In this document: positions 43,143-54,439 of the stretch, in pieces
How positions within the stretch are numbered: the first letter of the stretch is position 1
How the letters are laid out: the number at the start of each line of letters is the position of its first letter
NCBI GenBank assembly: GCA_965205025.1
Contig: CBDBFU010000020.1
Location: forward strand, 96,001-160,000
Length of the DNA: 64,000 nucleotides
DNA from: Candidatus Poribacteria bacterium
Lineage (GTDB): Bacteria; Poribacteria; WGA-4E; WGA-3G
Direction: 5' to 3'
Notes under the pieces: generated by a model
What the model was told of the DNA's origin: nothing
Seen by the model: the letters and a program-made list of their open reading frames with translations, nothing else
Databases searched by the model: none
Position numbers and translations under genes: made by a program

Positions 43143-44414
43143 ATGCAAGACAACCAAAAACCATCAAACTCAACCCCGCGAAAACAATTTTATCTTTTCC
43201 AGTTCATATTTCTTACATTTGCACATACCATCCTTGATTCCTACGCTACACTATTCCCACACATACAACCGCGTCTCGTAAATAGATTTGCATCAGTTGG
43301 CAAAACTAACAGTTTGGCAGGTATTTTCATTGCACTTTATAGTATATTTAGTTCACTTGGACAAATATTTTTTGGTTGGTTATCAGATAGAATACGAACA
43401 ATTCATTTCCTAACATTCGGTGTAGCTTTTACTGCAATTGGTTTGAGTTTAGTAATATATGCACCATCGGAGTTGATTGTATTCCTATTATTGGCAATTG
43501 GGGGGATAGGTATTGCAGCATTTCATCCACAGGCAACGACCTATGCTGGAGCACTCGCAGCAGAAACGAGAGGAATGGGGATATCCATCTTTCTCACTGG
43601 CGGAAATATAGGACGTGCTTTAGGTCCATTAGCTTTGTTATTTGTTCCTTATAGTTTGGGATTTAATTTCAAGGTTTGGAATGTTATTCCTATAATGGTA
43701 TTCGAGATGGGAATTGGTATACTCGTAGCTATATTTGTTCCAATTGTATTGAAATTTGAACATGAACTTGACTTGACAGCTTCATCACGAGTCCTTTCTC
43801 ACGAGGGAGAATCTGTGAGAGAGTCGTTTTGGACAGTTGCAGGTCCACACCTCTTACCACTTACAGTTCTATTTGTTATAGCGAGTCTACGAACTGTTAC
43901 AGGGGTTGGATTAGAGAACTTCCTTTCTATTTATTTAGATGACCAAGACTATAGCGATCAAGTCAGATCCCTTATTGTTGCATTATATATTTTCGCTGGA
44001 TCAATGGGAATAATGGGGAGTGGTTTTGTTTTAACCCGTGTGAATACACTTACGCTTTTAGGCTTTTCACTTATTGCTGCACCACCACTTCTCTTAGCTG
44101 CACTTCATACTAAAGGTATACCATTTTTGATATTCCTCTTTTTAGGAAATGTTGTCCTTTCAAGCTCAATTACATTGAATATAATTTTGGCACAGATAAT
44201 TTTACGTGGACATGAAAATATTGCATCAAGTTTTATGATGGGGGCATCTTGGGGAGTTGGGGGTCTACTGAATTTGTTGGTAGGTGCAATGGCAGATAAA
44301 ATAGGATTGTGGATTGTACTTAATGGATTAGTATTAGTGCCGTTGGTAGTTTCACCTCTAATGTTATTTCTTAAGAATCAACCAGATCTTTCAAAACCAA
44401 ACTCAGAAGTATAA
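43143..44414 (+). CDS. MFS transporter (Fsr-like)
   Basis: About 12 TM helices, QIFFGWLSDR, GIAAFHP, GAMADKIG. Confidence 0.88.
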   Translation: MQDNQKPSNSTPRKQFYLFQFIFLTFAHTILDSYATLFPHIQPRLVNRFASVGKTNSLAGIFIALYSIFSSLGQIFFGWLSDRIRTIHFLTFGVAFTAIGLSLVIYAPSELIVFLLLAIGGIGIAAFHPQATTYAGALAAETRGMGISIFLTGGNIGRALGPLALLFVPYSLGFNFKVWNVIPIMVFEMGIGILVAIFVPIVLKFEHELDLTASSRVLSHEGESVRESFWTVAGPHLLPLTVLFVIASLRTVTGVGLENFLSIYLDDQDYSDQVRSLIVALYIFAGSMGIMGSGFVLTRVNTLTLLGFSLIAAPPLLLAALHTKGIPFLIFLFLGNVVLSSSITLNIILAQIILRGHENIASSFMMGASWGVGGLLNLLVGAMADKIGLWIVLNGLVLVPLVVSPLMLFLKNQPDLSKPNSEV

Positions 44415-44442
44415 TTTCCAAATTTCAAACTAAAAACCGCTG

Positions 44443-45525
44443 TCAGATTGTCCACAACACACTTAAAAAATGTGTATTAATTAAATCCCCAACTAAGAGT
44501 GCATAATCAAGGCGAAACTTGTTCAGTTGAATTCCAATTCCGGTTGTTAACCTACTATCTCGTAAACCTATTCGGAGCGACATTGGAGAAGTAATCTCAT
44601 ATTCTATACCCAGATGGGATTGTCCAGCATACCGTTCCTGCCATTGATATGTGAAAATAAGATTACGATCAAAAATTCGCTGTGTAGAAAAGGCAACTCC
44701 TATATTAAAATTTGATGGAATAGATTCTTTGAATGTGGATGTGGTATTCCAAGTTAAGGTAGTTTGAGATATATCCTGGAAGTTCATTCCAATAGCAAGT
44801 GAACCTACATTTTCTAATCCAAAAAGTGCATTGAAATCTGGAAGACGCATTAGAATTCACTGCATCGAACCCAAGACCATTACTTCCCATAATTTGTAAA
44901 AGTTGAAGTAGTTTCATCAAGGTCTCCATGCCCACTGAAACTTTGGAAAATCCCTTTTACATTTACCCCAAATAGGAACTCAGGTGGGATAGAATCTTTT
45001 CCAAAGTTATCCCACCAAGATTGACTAAGAGCCACTTTTGTTGCCACTGTTAGAACAAATGCATTCTCACTGTCATTTAGGTAACCTGAAGGTGTAAAAT
45101 CTGAATCACGTGGTCTGAATTTAGCATTGTTCTTTCGTTGGTCGGCACTAATACTGGGGTCAAATGCCTGGTACTTCATAGTAAATTGGAATATCATCTA
45201 TTCCTGCACGGATCCATGAGATACCTAAACTCAAACTTGGGAAGACCTTGCCTATACCACTCACATAATTAAAAGCCCCTAAACCTGAACGTCTTGCTGC
45301 GTGCATCATACAGACCTGATAATTATTCTGTACACCCGCAATTCCAGCGGGATTCCAATAGGTTGCGGTGGCATCGTCTGCTACACCAACATACGCCCCA
45401 CCTAAACCGAGAGAACGTGCCCCGATGCCATTGGTCAAAAAATCTCCAGTGTAATTCTCTCCATAAGCTGCTATGGTGATAAGTAATATACATGTAATGA
45501 TGGTTGTCTGAGTGAGTTTAAGCAA
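44443..45525 (-). pseudogene. PorV/PorQ-like outer-membrane beta-barrel with two frameshifts
   Basis: FLTNGIGARSLGLGGAYVGVADDATATYWNPAGI; C-terminal HLGIEY...LRIG...GIGIQLNKFRLDYA; split over three frames. Confidence 0.75.
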
Positions 45526-45593
45526 TTATGTTAATTCCTTCTTTATAGTTTTTGGTATTACAATTGGAGGTTGCTTATATGTAGCATTATCAA

Positions 45594-46457
45594 TTACACA
45601 CGGTTTAGATTAAAATCGTTCCAATAATACTGATATTCTTTTGAATTCCACCCATTGTATATCTGATCCCATGAGATACGATTGAAGTGTGGTAAAAGTG
45701 AACCTTCTGTGACGGGTTGAGAACATCCTTGATATCGATAATCTACAGAAAGCCTTATACGATCTGAGGATTGATTTGGTAGTGCTTTATGAACAGCATG
45801 ACTATGGAAGAATAAAGCATCTCCGATTTCATAATCACCAACAACCCAGTAGAGTCCATCATCTTCTAAAGGAGTAGTGTCAATACCGACTCCTCCTGCC
45901 CCTAATGCCGGTTTAACAGGATATATCCCAGATTGATGTGAACCTGATAATACGGATAATCCTCCCAAATGCTGTGGACAAGCCCCCAAAGGTATCCATG
46001 CCGTATATGTTTCTTCTGTTCCGCGAATGTGAATAAAATCTTGATGTGCTGGAGTTGTGTATTTAGTGTTTTCAGGGAACATAATTCTCCCTATATTCCG
46101 TGGATGGACTAATGTCTTTTCACCAAATAATTTGTCACACATATCAATTATAGATGGATGATGAGCAAACGCGTGAAATGATTCGAGACACTGAAATTCG
46201 TCTAATACGGGCCAATATCCCTCATCCCCTTCCATAAACGGACCTCCCGTCCGAATTCCATCCATGAGGGAATCCCCACCTTCTGCCCAACCATGTCTGT
46301 GACAGATCTCTAAGAAATCTCTACGTAGATGGTTTATTGATTCTTGATCAATTAAGTTGCGAAAATATAGGTATCCATCTTCATGTGCCCTTCTACGGAG
46401 TTCTTCAGGTGTATCCAGTAGATCATTTGAAACTGTAAAAGGTTCAATTCTTGACAT
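45594..46457 (-). CDS. Phytanoyl-CoA dioxygenase family protein
   Basis: EDGYLYF, TPAHQD, TAWIPLG, GSH, GDALFFHSHAVH, RLSVDYRY. Confidence 0.92.
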   Translation of the reverse strand: MSRIEPFTVSNDLLDTPEELRRRAHEDGYLYFRNLIDQESINHLRRDFLEICHRHGWAEGGDSLMDGIRTGGPFMEGDEGYWPVLDEFQCLESFHAFAHHPSIIDMCDKLFGEKTLVHPRNIGRIMFPENTKYTTPAHQDFIHIRGTEETYTAWIPLGACPQHLGGLSVLSGSHQSGIYPVKPALGAGGVGIDTTPLEDDGLYWVVGDYEIGDALFFHSHAVHKALPNQSSDRIRLSVDYRYQGCSQPVTEGSLLPHFNRISWDQIYNGWNSKEYQYYWNDFNLNRV

Positions 46458-46521
46458 AATACATTCCTCAAGAGAATAATCAGTAAATCTAACTTAATAT
46501 TGGTCTTATATAGTTATTATA

Positions 46522-46663
46522 ACGTGGGTTTGATAAGACACATTGTACCCCGAACTTTTAGTTAACAACAGAGGGCACAAACTGGAAAGTTTGTGCTACA
46601 AATACTATCTTCAGGACAAAATTCTGTTTATCGAACTGACATTTTTTATTATCAAACTGACGT
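46522..46663. mobile_element. MITE family F (ACGTGGGTTTGATAA...TTATCAAACTGACGT), IS982-like AC ends
   Basis: 7-bp flanking duplication TATTATA; internal GCACAAAC..GTTTGTGCTAC hairpin; second copy at 55825-56079. Confidence 0.65.
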
Positions 46664-46888
46664 TATTATACCAACATAAATGTGAGGGTGTCAAATGATA
46701 TAGAATTGGAATAAGTACACCCTAAAATCATCCGTTTACCTATATGTTGAGATTAATTATATTTTTCTTCATTTTATTTTCTATTATGGTATTATTAGTT
46801 GAGTTAAGTGGATATAACCGTAGTATTACTTACGTATTAATTGTGAATATGCTACAATTCCTACAAACCTGATGTATAGAGGTTTCCT

Positions 46889-48070
46889 ATGCTTACTGTT
46901 AAACATATAGAGACAATTGCTTTAAATATCCCTTTCTATTGTGATAGAGTCAGTCGTCATATGCAACGCGCTGCAACCCATGGTGAACGTGTCCATGTGT
47001 TCCGCACAGAACTTAGTAATGGGGTTATAGGTTATGGAGAAAACCTATCTGATGAGTCTGGTAGTTTTGAAGGTGTAATCGGACAGAATCCTTTTGCTTG
47101 TATGAACAATGATGGTATCGGATTTGGTATCCAGATGTCTATCTATGATGCGGTTGGAAAGACTGTAGGAGTTTCAGTTTCCAATTTAATCGGTCCAAAA
47201 GTTCGTGATAGGTGTCCAATCTCATGGTGGGATATTGATATGCCACCAGAGGATTGGGTTGCTGAGGTAGAAGAATCGGTGAAAAGAGGGTACACATCTG
47301 CGAAGTTAAAGGCAAGACCTTGGCGTGATATTTTCGCACAAGTGGATGCTGTAGGTAATGCTGTACCAGAAAACTACCGTCTGGATATAGATTTCAATGG
47401 ATTCTTGTTGAATGCAGATAATGCAATACCAGTGCTCCAACAGTTAGATCAGCACCCTAATGTAGCTATCTATGAAAGTCCATTCTATCTTGGTACAGAT
47501 ATAGAAGGGGCAGGCAGACTGCAAGAAGCAGTAGAAAAACGGATTGTAGAACACTACAATGAATCTTGTTTACATGCACGTTGTTGTGGGGGTTTTGTCG
47601 TTGGTGGTAGCGTGAATTCTCTCCTACGAACAAATGCTTTATGTTCTTCCTTTGGACAACCGTTCTGGTTACAAATGGTTGGAACTGGTATAACGACAGC
47701 ATATAGTGTCCACCTTGGAGCAGTACTTTCCCAGGCAGAACTTCCTGCGATTACTTGCCATGAACTATGGGAATCAGATCTACTTGAAGAACGGCTTGAT
47801 GTTGTTGACGGAACAATTGCTGTGTCAGAATCACCAGGACTGGGAATCACAGTGGATGAGGCAGCATTATCAGAGTATCAAGTTGATCCATCTGAACCCA
47901 CACCGCAACAGTTGTTTCAAGGTAGTGATTATACCTGCAGAGTCCATATTCCAAACGATGATGGTGGTGAGACAGTGCATGATTTTAATAATGAAGGGGA
48001 ATACTATCCTGCATTTAGTGATGGTAAATATCCTGGATTCGTACCGGGTGTCTGGATGGAAGTCATATAA
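46889..48070 (+). CDS. Mandelate racemase/muconate lactonizing (enolase superfamily) enzyme
   Basis: GVIGYGE, YDAVGK, AKLKAR, IDFN, YESP, SPGLGITVDE. Confidence 0.88.
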   Translation: MLTVKHIETIALNIPFYCDRVSRHMQRAATHGERVHVFRTELSNGVIGYGENLSDESGSFEGVIGQNPFACMNNDGIGFGIQMSIYDAVGKTVGVSVSNLIGPKVRDRCPISWWDIDMPPEDWVAEVEESVKRGYTSAKLKARPWRDIFAQVDAVGNAVPENYRLDIDFNGFLLNADNAIPVLQQLDQHPNVAIYESPFYLGTDIEGAGRLQEAVEKRIVEHYNESCLHARCCGGFVVGGSVNSLLRTNALCSSFGQPFWLQMVGTGITTAYSVHLGAVLSQAELPAITCHELWESDLLEERLDVVDGTIAVSESPGLGITVDEAALSEYQVDPSEPTPQQLFQGSDYTCRVHIPNDDGGETVHDFNNEGEYYPAFSDGKYPGFVPGVWMEVI

Positions 48071-48127
48071 GACTATACTTTGGTAAATTCAGAGTGATTA
48101 TAATTTTACTATCTATACCTTTTCTGA

Positions 48128-48248
48128 CAGGACTTACGCAACTTAAGCAGAAAAAGGTAAAATTTGACTTAAAAGCCGTGATTTCAGTATTTTAACCCCC
48201 TAAATCCCCCTTATCAGGGGGACTTTAAGATGAAATTCGTAAGTCCTG
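48128..48248. mobile_element. MITE family E copy 1 (CAGGACTTACGCA...CGTAAGTCCTG)
   Basis: Terminal inverted repeats, 5-bp TCTGA duplication, CCCCTAAATCCCCCTTATCAGGGGGAC cargo. Confidence 0.75.
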
Positions 48249-48262
48249 TCTGAGTAATACAC

Positions 48263-48961
48263 TTGAAGAAAGAATTATCCCAAAGACTAAAGGACTACCC
48301 AACAGTTAAGAAAAATATCTCTCTTAAAAACAGAGATATTATGTTAACGATTATCAATCATCCTGATAATTTATTGGAGATATTTAGTCGGGAAGACAGT
48401 GATGGTATACTCTACTTACCCTATTGGACATACTTGTGGGATTCTGCGATTACTTTAGCACATCATATTTCAGAATTAGGAGAGCTGAAGCATAAGAGTA
48501 TACTTGAGATTGGCTGCGGATTTGGACTCGTAGGAATAGTTGCCAATTTATATGGTGCAGATGTGATATTTACAGATTTTGAACTTGAAGCACTATACTT
48601 TGCATGTGAAAATGCACAACAGAATGGAATTGAATCTCCAAAATTAGTTCAAATGGACTGGAACACACCATGTCTAAATACTAAATTCGATTTTATTCTT
48701 GCTTCGGATGTGATATATGATGAACTGAACTGGAAACCAATTATAGGATTGTTACAAGATTTACTCAAGTCAAATGGTATTGCACTTTTTTCTGAACCTA
48801 GTCGAGACAATGCAAGTGGATTTTTACGTTTAATCGAAGAAAATGGATTAAGTTATGAAAAATCCACTTGCGCAATCCAACCTACTGATAATAGTATTCT
48901 AATCAACATATACACAATATATAATGAGCAGGACTTACGCAACTTAAGTAGAAATAGGTAA
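48263..48961 (+). CDS. METTL21/Nnt1-like protein methyltransferase
   Basis: PYWTYLWDSA, ILEIGCGFGL, FTDF, MDW, FDFILASDVIY. Confidence 0.85.
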   Translation: MKKELSQRLKDYPTVKKNISLKNRDIMLTIINHPDNLLEIFSREDSDGILYLPYWTYLWDSAITLAHHISELGELKHKSILEIGCGFGLVGIVANLYGADVIFTDFELEALYFACENAQQNGIESPKLVQMDWNTPCLNTKFDFILASDVIYDELNWKPIIGLLQDLLKSNGIALFSEPSRDNASGFLRLIEENGLSYEKSTCAIQPTDNSILINIYTIYNEQDLRNLSRNR

Positions 48962-49050
48962 AATTTGACTTAAAAAGCCGTCATTTCATTGTTTTAACCC
49001 CCTAAATCCCCCTTATCAGGGGGACTTTAAGATGAAATGCGTAAGTCCTG
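48929..49050. mobile_element. MITE family E copy 2, supplying the last codons and stop of the methyltransferase
   Basis: Near-identical to 48128-48248; flanks ATGAG/ATAAG. Confidence 0.75.
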
Positions 49051-49078
49051 ATAAGTATAGTTGATACAGGTTTGATAA

Positions 49079-51250
49079 TTAATCTTTTTTAGGTGAATGG
49101 ATTTCATAGCATGTTTTCTTATAGCATAATATTACATGCTTTCCAATCGCTAAGTATTTAGATAATTCGGGTTCATTCTTCAGTAGTTTGAAATATGCAT
49201 CACTTCCAAACTCTATCCTGGTAGTCTTTGTTTCTGGTTTATGGACACTATCCACCCAAACATCCTTCTTTAGATGGAATGTTTTATCTTTTACGACTCT
49301 TATCACTTCAGATGTCTCGGCTAATTGTTCCTGGATCTTAATATCTTGTAATTCCACACTATCTTTAATTGCACTAAAACTGGGAACAACAGCTGATGAT
49401 TCCGCCAGTCTTGCAGATTTAGTAGTTGATGCAGGTATGCCAGTTGATCTACTAAACTGTCGAGCTTCATTAATTCTACCTCTTTGAAGATGGGTAAATA
49501 CAGGATCATCTTTCATATCTTCAGTAACTAAGAATGACGTATATGGTGTAACAATACCATATTTCTTACTAAGTCTCGTAATCTCATCTATGAGTTCTTT
49601 ATTCTCTCCATTCAATCTAACTTCGTCCACCAAATATGCCACCTTGCGTTGAGCCCATAACTTAGGTAAAAATTGATGCTCTGATTCTTTCTTAGGAAAT
49701 TTAACGTTATTTGAAAATTCATGCTTCTTTCCTTCAATATCACCATGTAGAACAAGCTTAGACTTACCTATTCCTGTATACCGTCCAAGGACTGTTATTT
49801 GTGATCCGCGAAATAGATGTGGCAATTTCTGTGGATATTGGTCTTTGATTCTGATGTTTTCAATATCCAATTCTAAGTTGACTAAAACAGGTTCACTTAC
49901 CTTTGTGAAGAACGTAGATACAGCAACTTCTAAATCCTCTTTTGGTTTTACATATTGTCGGGTTCCACTATTTTCTTCAGCCATCTTATCCAGTAAATTG
50001 ACGTTCACATCGTATCCCACGCCGAATACAAAGATTCTGGATTCATTCTTATTCATCTTGGCAATATTCTTAAGTATGAGTTCAGTATCTGTCGTACCAA
50101 CAGTTGCTTCACCATCAGTTAGGAACACAACTATACGTGGTCGTGTGGGATCAGGTTTTTCTGATAGCGAAGTTAAAAGTGCATCATTGATATTCGTTCC
50201 ACCGTTCCCTTCAATGTCCTCAATGAAAGCAATTGCATTTTCTCGTTCCTTTTTAATTGGTACCAATTCTTTTGAAAACGATTCTATATTTGTATTGAAT
50301 AAGATTAAATTGAACCGGTCCCCATCATTCAGATTGTTAACACAAAAACGAAGTGCCTTTTTGGCTTGTTCTATTTTCCTACCTTTCATACTACCGGAAC
50401 GGTCAAGTATAAAAATGAAATCCTTTTCAATTATATCCTTTTTATCAACCTTATATTTGGGTGAAATAAGCAGCATGAAGAAACCCGCTTCGTCAAGATC
50501 ATCCCGATGTGTAATAAGGTCTATACCAAATTCTTTGTCTGAAAGGGAATAGTAACAAGTGAAATCTCGTCTTGCATGAACGTCTGATCCTTCATAACTG
50601 AGGTTCGCACTATGGTTATCCTTTCTGTTGATTGCAATTTCATGGGAAGGAGAATAAATACTCTTGAGTTCATGTTTACTCTTAATATCAATTGATAGCG
50701 CAAGGCTTCCAACAGGATTGTGAGTAAATTTATCCGTTCGTAAGGGGTAAGTATATTTTGCCAGATTTGAATCTACTTTTACAACTTGTGAATATTCCAT
50801 TTGTATGCGTCGTTCCCCGTGAGCAGGGATTGGGAATACCCGTGCCTTAAATGCACGTGTTCCGATATATTCAAGTAATGCTGGATCTTGCATTGAACGC
50901 ACAATACCTTCATAGGTCGCCCGTGCTTTATCTTTTGCGAGTAATTCACCTTTTACAGGTTGTCCATCAATATATAAAACAAAATCTGAGATTGCAACAT
51001 CATCCTGTAGTGGGAAAATATATGTCCCTTCCAACACACGGTTGTTGGGATTGGCAAAGATTTGATCAATTTTTGTTGTGGCAAGTTGGTTTTCTATGGA
51101 GACGTTAATATGATGTCTTTCAATTCTTAGGTTTTCGATACTGGGTCTCTGTCTTGAATGGGTCAGAAAAATTCCTTGTGTATATCCTGAGTTTACAACA
51201 CCAGTGAAAAGTATAATTAATAATATTGTTAGAGAATATTGTCTTTTCAT
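49079..51250 (-). CDS. Secreted VIT + VWA domain protein
   Basis: Signal peptide; VIT domain (QIFANP..LEGTYIFP, DPALLEY); MIDAS DRSGS, GGTNI, FLTDG. Confidence 0.9.
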   Translation of the reverse strand: MKRQYSLTILLIILFTGVVNSGYTQGIFLTHSRQRPSIENLRIERHHINVSIENQLATTKIDQIFANPNNRVLEGTYIFPLQDDVAISDFVLYIDGQPVKGELLAKDKARATYEGIVRSMQDPALLEYIGTRAFKARVFPIPAHGERRIQMEYSQVVKVDSNLAKYTYPLRTDKFTHNPVGSLALSIDIKSKHELKSIYSPSHEIAINRKDNHSANLSYEGSDVHARRDFTCYYSLSDKEFGIDLITHRDDLDEAGFFMLLISPKYKVDKKDIIEKDFIFILDRSGSMKGRKIEQAKKALRFCVNNLNDGDRFNLILFNTNIESFSKELVPIKKERENAIAFIEDIEGNGGTNINDALLTSLSEKPDPTRPRIVVFLTDGEATVGTTDTELILKNIAKMNKNESRIFVFGVGYDVNVNLLDKMAEENSGTRQYVKPKEDLEVAVSTFFTKVSEPVLVNLELDIENIRIKDQYPQKLPHLFRGSQITVLGRYTGIGKSKLVLHGDIEGKKHEFSNNVKFPKKESEHQFLPKLWAQRKVAYLVDEVRLNGENKELIDEITRLSKKYGIVTPYTSFLVTEDMKDDPVFTHLQRGRINEARQFSRSTGIPASTTKSARLAESSAVVPSFSAIKDSVELQDIKIQEQLAETSEVIRVVKDKTFHLKKDVWVDSVHKPETKTTRIEFGSDAYFKLLKNEPELSKYLAIGKHVILCYKKTCYEIHSPKKD

Positions 51251-51476
51251 TGTAAATCTCCTTTATGTCTCCCTTACTGCTAAAAGAATGGATAAACGTA
51301 AGATACAGGTTGTGCAATTAGTAGAAATATTATGCATATTATTATATCAAGATGAATGTACCTGAAGTAACCTAATTGTATATACACCAATCTTTGTTTA
51401 GAGTTCAATCTTTTTTTAATAGAATGCTATTATCTAAACAGAGTGGTTTGACAGACTCAAACCACTCTGCAAGATC

Positions 51477-51699
51477 TTATACCATTTGTAAAAAATGGGT
51501 TCGCATTACAGTTTTTTTGAAGTGTAATCTAATTCGCCACAAACTAAATGAAGATTAATTTTTTAATTTGGAGAAGATCCAGTGCGGTTAGGAAACCGCA
51601 CCTACCGGGTTTGGGAAATTTGGATTACCGAAATATTTACTTAATCCTCATACAGTTTGTGCTACAAAAAAGAGACATCTTCAATTAGAGATGGTATTA
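51477..51699. mobile_element. MITE family D (TTATACCATTT...GATGGTATTA) with a nested type-A MITE at 51548-51651
   Basis: Same outer shell as 60363-60725. Confidence 0.7.
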
Positions 51700-51700
51700 C

Positions 51701-53992
51701 TTAACCTTCTACCTGTTTCTTCAAACGTCTAACTATTCGAACAAGATTTAGCAATTCATCTTTACGCTGCTTTTCTTGTACTGTATTTGATTGAATTTGT
51801 GGTAAAACTCTTTCAAGGACTTGTTGAACAACTTCTAAATTACCATGCTTTGCCCAATGACTTCCTCGGAGAATTTCAGCAAATTCAGCTACGGTAGCAA
51901 CAAATTGAAACTCTAAGGTAGTATCATTGAATGTAGGTTTCAATTCTTCTATCGTTATCGCTTGACTTATCTCTTCCACTTCTTGAGTATCGGACTCCTC
52001 ATGTCGAATATAGACGGTAGCAAGTTTACCATTTACTTCTTTATGAAGTTTTATTTCATATAATGCAGTCACACTATGTCCTGCCCCAACTTCACCTGCA
52101 TCTACATCATCTTTACGGAAATCTTCATGAGCTAAAGATCTATTCTCATAACCAATTAATCGGAAACGACTTACAGTCTCAGGATTGAATTCAACTTGTA
52201 TCTTGGCATCTTTGGCTATTGTTTGGAGTGTTCCTGTCAAATCCTCCTCAAAAATGCGTCTTGCTTCTTTGAGAGTATTGACATAAGTATAACTTCCATT
52301 TCCGTTATTCGCAAGTTGTTCTAATAGAACATCGTTGTAATTTCCCATTCCAAAACCAACTGTAGTAAGGGTAATGCCTTCCTCAACATATCTGTTGATT
52401 TCATTTAAAATAGCCTCATACCCAGTCTGTCCCTGATTGGCAACTCCGTCTGAACAAAGAATGACACGATTTATGGAATTTGCTCTTAAATTCTTTAATG
52501 CCAGATCGTATCCAATCCTTAGACCAGCTTCTGCATTCGTAGAGCCATCAGCGTATAACTTATTGATTGCCTGAAGAATGAACTCTCTATTTTCAATTCC
52601 AGTGTGTGGAAGAACGACATAAGCATAGTTTCTAAAGGCTGCAATTCCAACTTTATCACCTGGACGCAGCTGGTTAAGTAAAAATCTTAACGCGTTCTTT
52701 ACTAACTCCAATCGATTTTCATCCTTCATAGATCCTGATACATCAATTACAAATGTGAGTATTGCATCTTGTCTATGCGTATCAGGAATGTCGCGCCCTT
52801 GAATTCCAATTCGCAACATTTTCAGACGTTTACCTTCACCGAATTTAGATGGTGCACCTTCAATCTGTATGGCAAACGTTTCATCCTTTGGTGGTTCATA
52901 ATTATAATCAAATGAATTAATAAATTCTTCTACACGAATCGCCTCCGGAGGAGGTAGATAATTATCCCGTAAATATCGTTGTGTCATAGAATAAGAGGCA
53001 GTATCCACATCCATTCCAAATGTAGATAGATTCTCATCTTCTGTGTCAATAAATGGATTCGTGCCATAATTCTTATGGTAGACATCGTTATATACTGCAC
53101 TGTTCGGCGGGTTAGACAGGTTCTGTTGAGGTGAGGAATCAATGCTAATGATCACTCTTGTTGAGTTATCTGGTAGCATAGGTTTCACAACCACCTTCTT
53201 TTTTTCTTTTGGAGCAGTATTTCTATTTTGCTGTACTTGTTCCACCACACGCACTTTCGTCTTTGGATTTCTTAGTATGTTCCTATTGTTCTGATTAACT
53301 GTAGGGAGATTATGGACAACACTCGGAATTTGCAACTGATCAAGTGGATCACCTGAATTATTCTGTGGGGTTCTACCCTTACCAATAACCCTTCCACCGG
53401 CTTCACCTTTTGGTGACTGATCAAGTGGATCACCTGAATTATTCTGTGGGATTCTACCCTTACCAATAACCCTTCCACCGGCTTCACCTTTTGGTGGTGG
53501 AGGTATAGATAGAGGAGGAACTTCAACATTCCCAAGTGTGATAGATTCTGCAACAGACCCAAGAGCATCACGCACCACTCCAATCTTCTGATACTTTACA
53601 ACTGCATTTATATTCTTTTCTACTAAACCTTCTGATAGAATAGGTTGTGATTTAACTTCTACCAAAAACTCGACCTCAGAATTATCAGTAAGCTTGAGAT
53701 CAATCTGAGGTATATCCAAAACACCTAAATTTTTATTTTCTGGGGTTTTTACATGAGGGGTTGATAGATCTCCAATATCAACTATTGATGGAAATCGCTT
53801 AAGAACATAATTTTGTTCTATAGGTTTTGAATTTTCAGATACATATAATTTTTCTTCAGTAGAATCAACCAATTCAAGAATAGTAAGTTCAGAATGGTTA
53901 GGATAGTCTACTTTAATACCTATTGATAGTAGAATAAGTAAGTATAATGTCACGGAAATAATAAATGCTCCTGAGAATTTCATGATACGCAT
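51701..53992 (-). CDS. YfbK-like VWA domain protein with an N-terminal membrane anchor
   Basis: STFGMDVDTASY, IRVEEFINSF, DVSGSM, LCSDG, IAKDAKIQVEFNP, DAGEVGAGHSVTALYE. Confidence 0.9.
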   Translation of the reverse strand: MRIMKFSGAFIISVTLYLLILLSIGIKVDYPNHSELTILELVDSTEEKLYVSENSKPIEQNYVLKRFPSIVDIGDLSTPHVKTPENKNLGVLDIPQIDLKLTDNSEVEFLVEVKSQPILSEGLVEKNINAVVKYQKIGVVRDALGSVAESITLGNVEVPPLSIPPPPKGEAGGRVIGKGRIPQNNSGDPLDQSPKGEAGGRVIGKGRTPQNNSGDPLDQLQIPSVVHNLPTVNQNNRNILRNPKTKVRVVEQVQQNRNTAPKEKKKVVVKPMLPDNSTRVIISIDSSPQQNLSNPPNSAVYNDVYHKNYGTNPFIDTEDENLSTFGMDVDTASYSMTQRYLRDNYLPPPEAIRVEEFINSFDYNYEPPKDETFAIQIEGAPSKFGEGKRLKMLRIGIQGRDIPDTHRQDAILTFVIDVSGSMKDENRLELVKNALRFLLNQLRPGDKVGIAAFRNYAYVVLPHTGIENREFILQAINKLYADGSTNAEAGLRIGYDLALKNLRANSINRVILCSDGVANQGQTGYEAILNEINRYVEEGITLTTVGFGMGNYNDVLLEQLANNGNGSYTYVNTLKEARRIFEEDLTGTLQTIAKDAKIQVEFNPETVSRFRLIGYENRSLAHEDFRKDDVDAGEVGAGHSVTALYEIKLHKEVNGKLATVYIRHEESDTQEVEEISQAITIEELKPTFNDTTLEFQFVATVAEFAEILRGSHWAKHGNLEVVQQVLERVLPQIQSNTVQEKQRKDELLNLVRIVRRLKKQVEG
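53335..53496 (-). repeat. In-frame 81-bp tandem duplication in the VWA gene
   Basis: PKGEAGGRVIGKGR(I/T)PQNNSGDPLDQ twice. Confidence 0.9.
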
Positions 53993-54015
53993 TACTTTAA
54001 CCTCCAGGAATATTC

Positions 54016-54135
54016 TAATACCATTTCTAAATGATGATTACTCATTACTAATTGAAGAAACCCCCTAAATCCCCCTTATCAGGGGGACTACTAAGAGTGA
54101 TCGTAATATGAACTTTTTAAATAGAAATGGTATAA
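54016..54135. mobile_element. MITE family D carrying the same CCCCTAAATCCCCCTTATCAGGGGGAC cargo as family E
   Basis: TAATACCATTTCTAAA...ATAGAAATGGTATAA. Confidence 0.7.
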
Positions 54136-54439
54136 TACAATTATGATGGGATAGGAGCAATTAATGTGCCAAATCTCAGGAGCACAAGAATAGACTGGTT
54201 TTGTTTGTGTGTTCGACTTTCTAATGCACCAAATAGTACATATTTTAATGCTATTGCACGAAAAAGAACAATTAAGGCGGTTCTGAATAAGCAATATTAG
54301 GAAATGGTATGTTTAGAAAATCACTTGGTAAGAAGGATTCCTATATCGTTCTCAACTACAAACGTATCGTGATTCGAAAAACACACTTTCCAGTGCTTTA
54401 ATGTCAATAAATTTATATACCCCATTTAAGACTTTAATT

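Noticed and set aside
48128-49050. Composite transposon that delivered the methyltransferase
   Set aside because: Outer flanks do not match; each MITE has its own short duplication
49845-50552. 235-aa plus-strand ORF
   Set aside because: Antisense shadow of the VIT-VWA gene with no recognisable motifs
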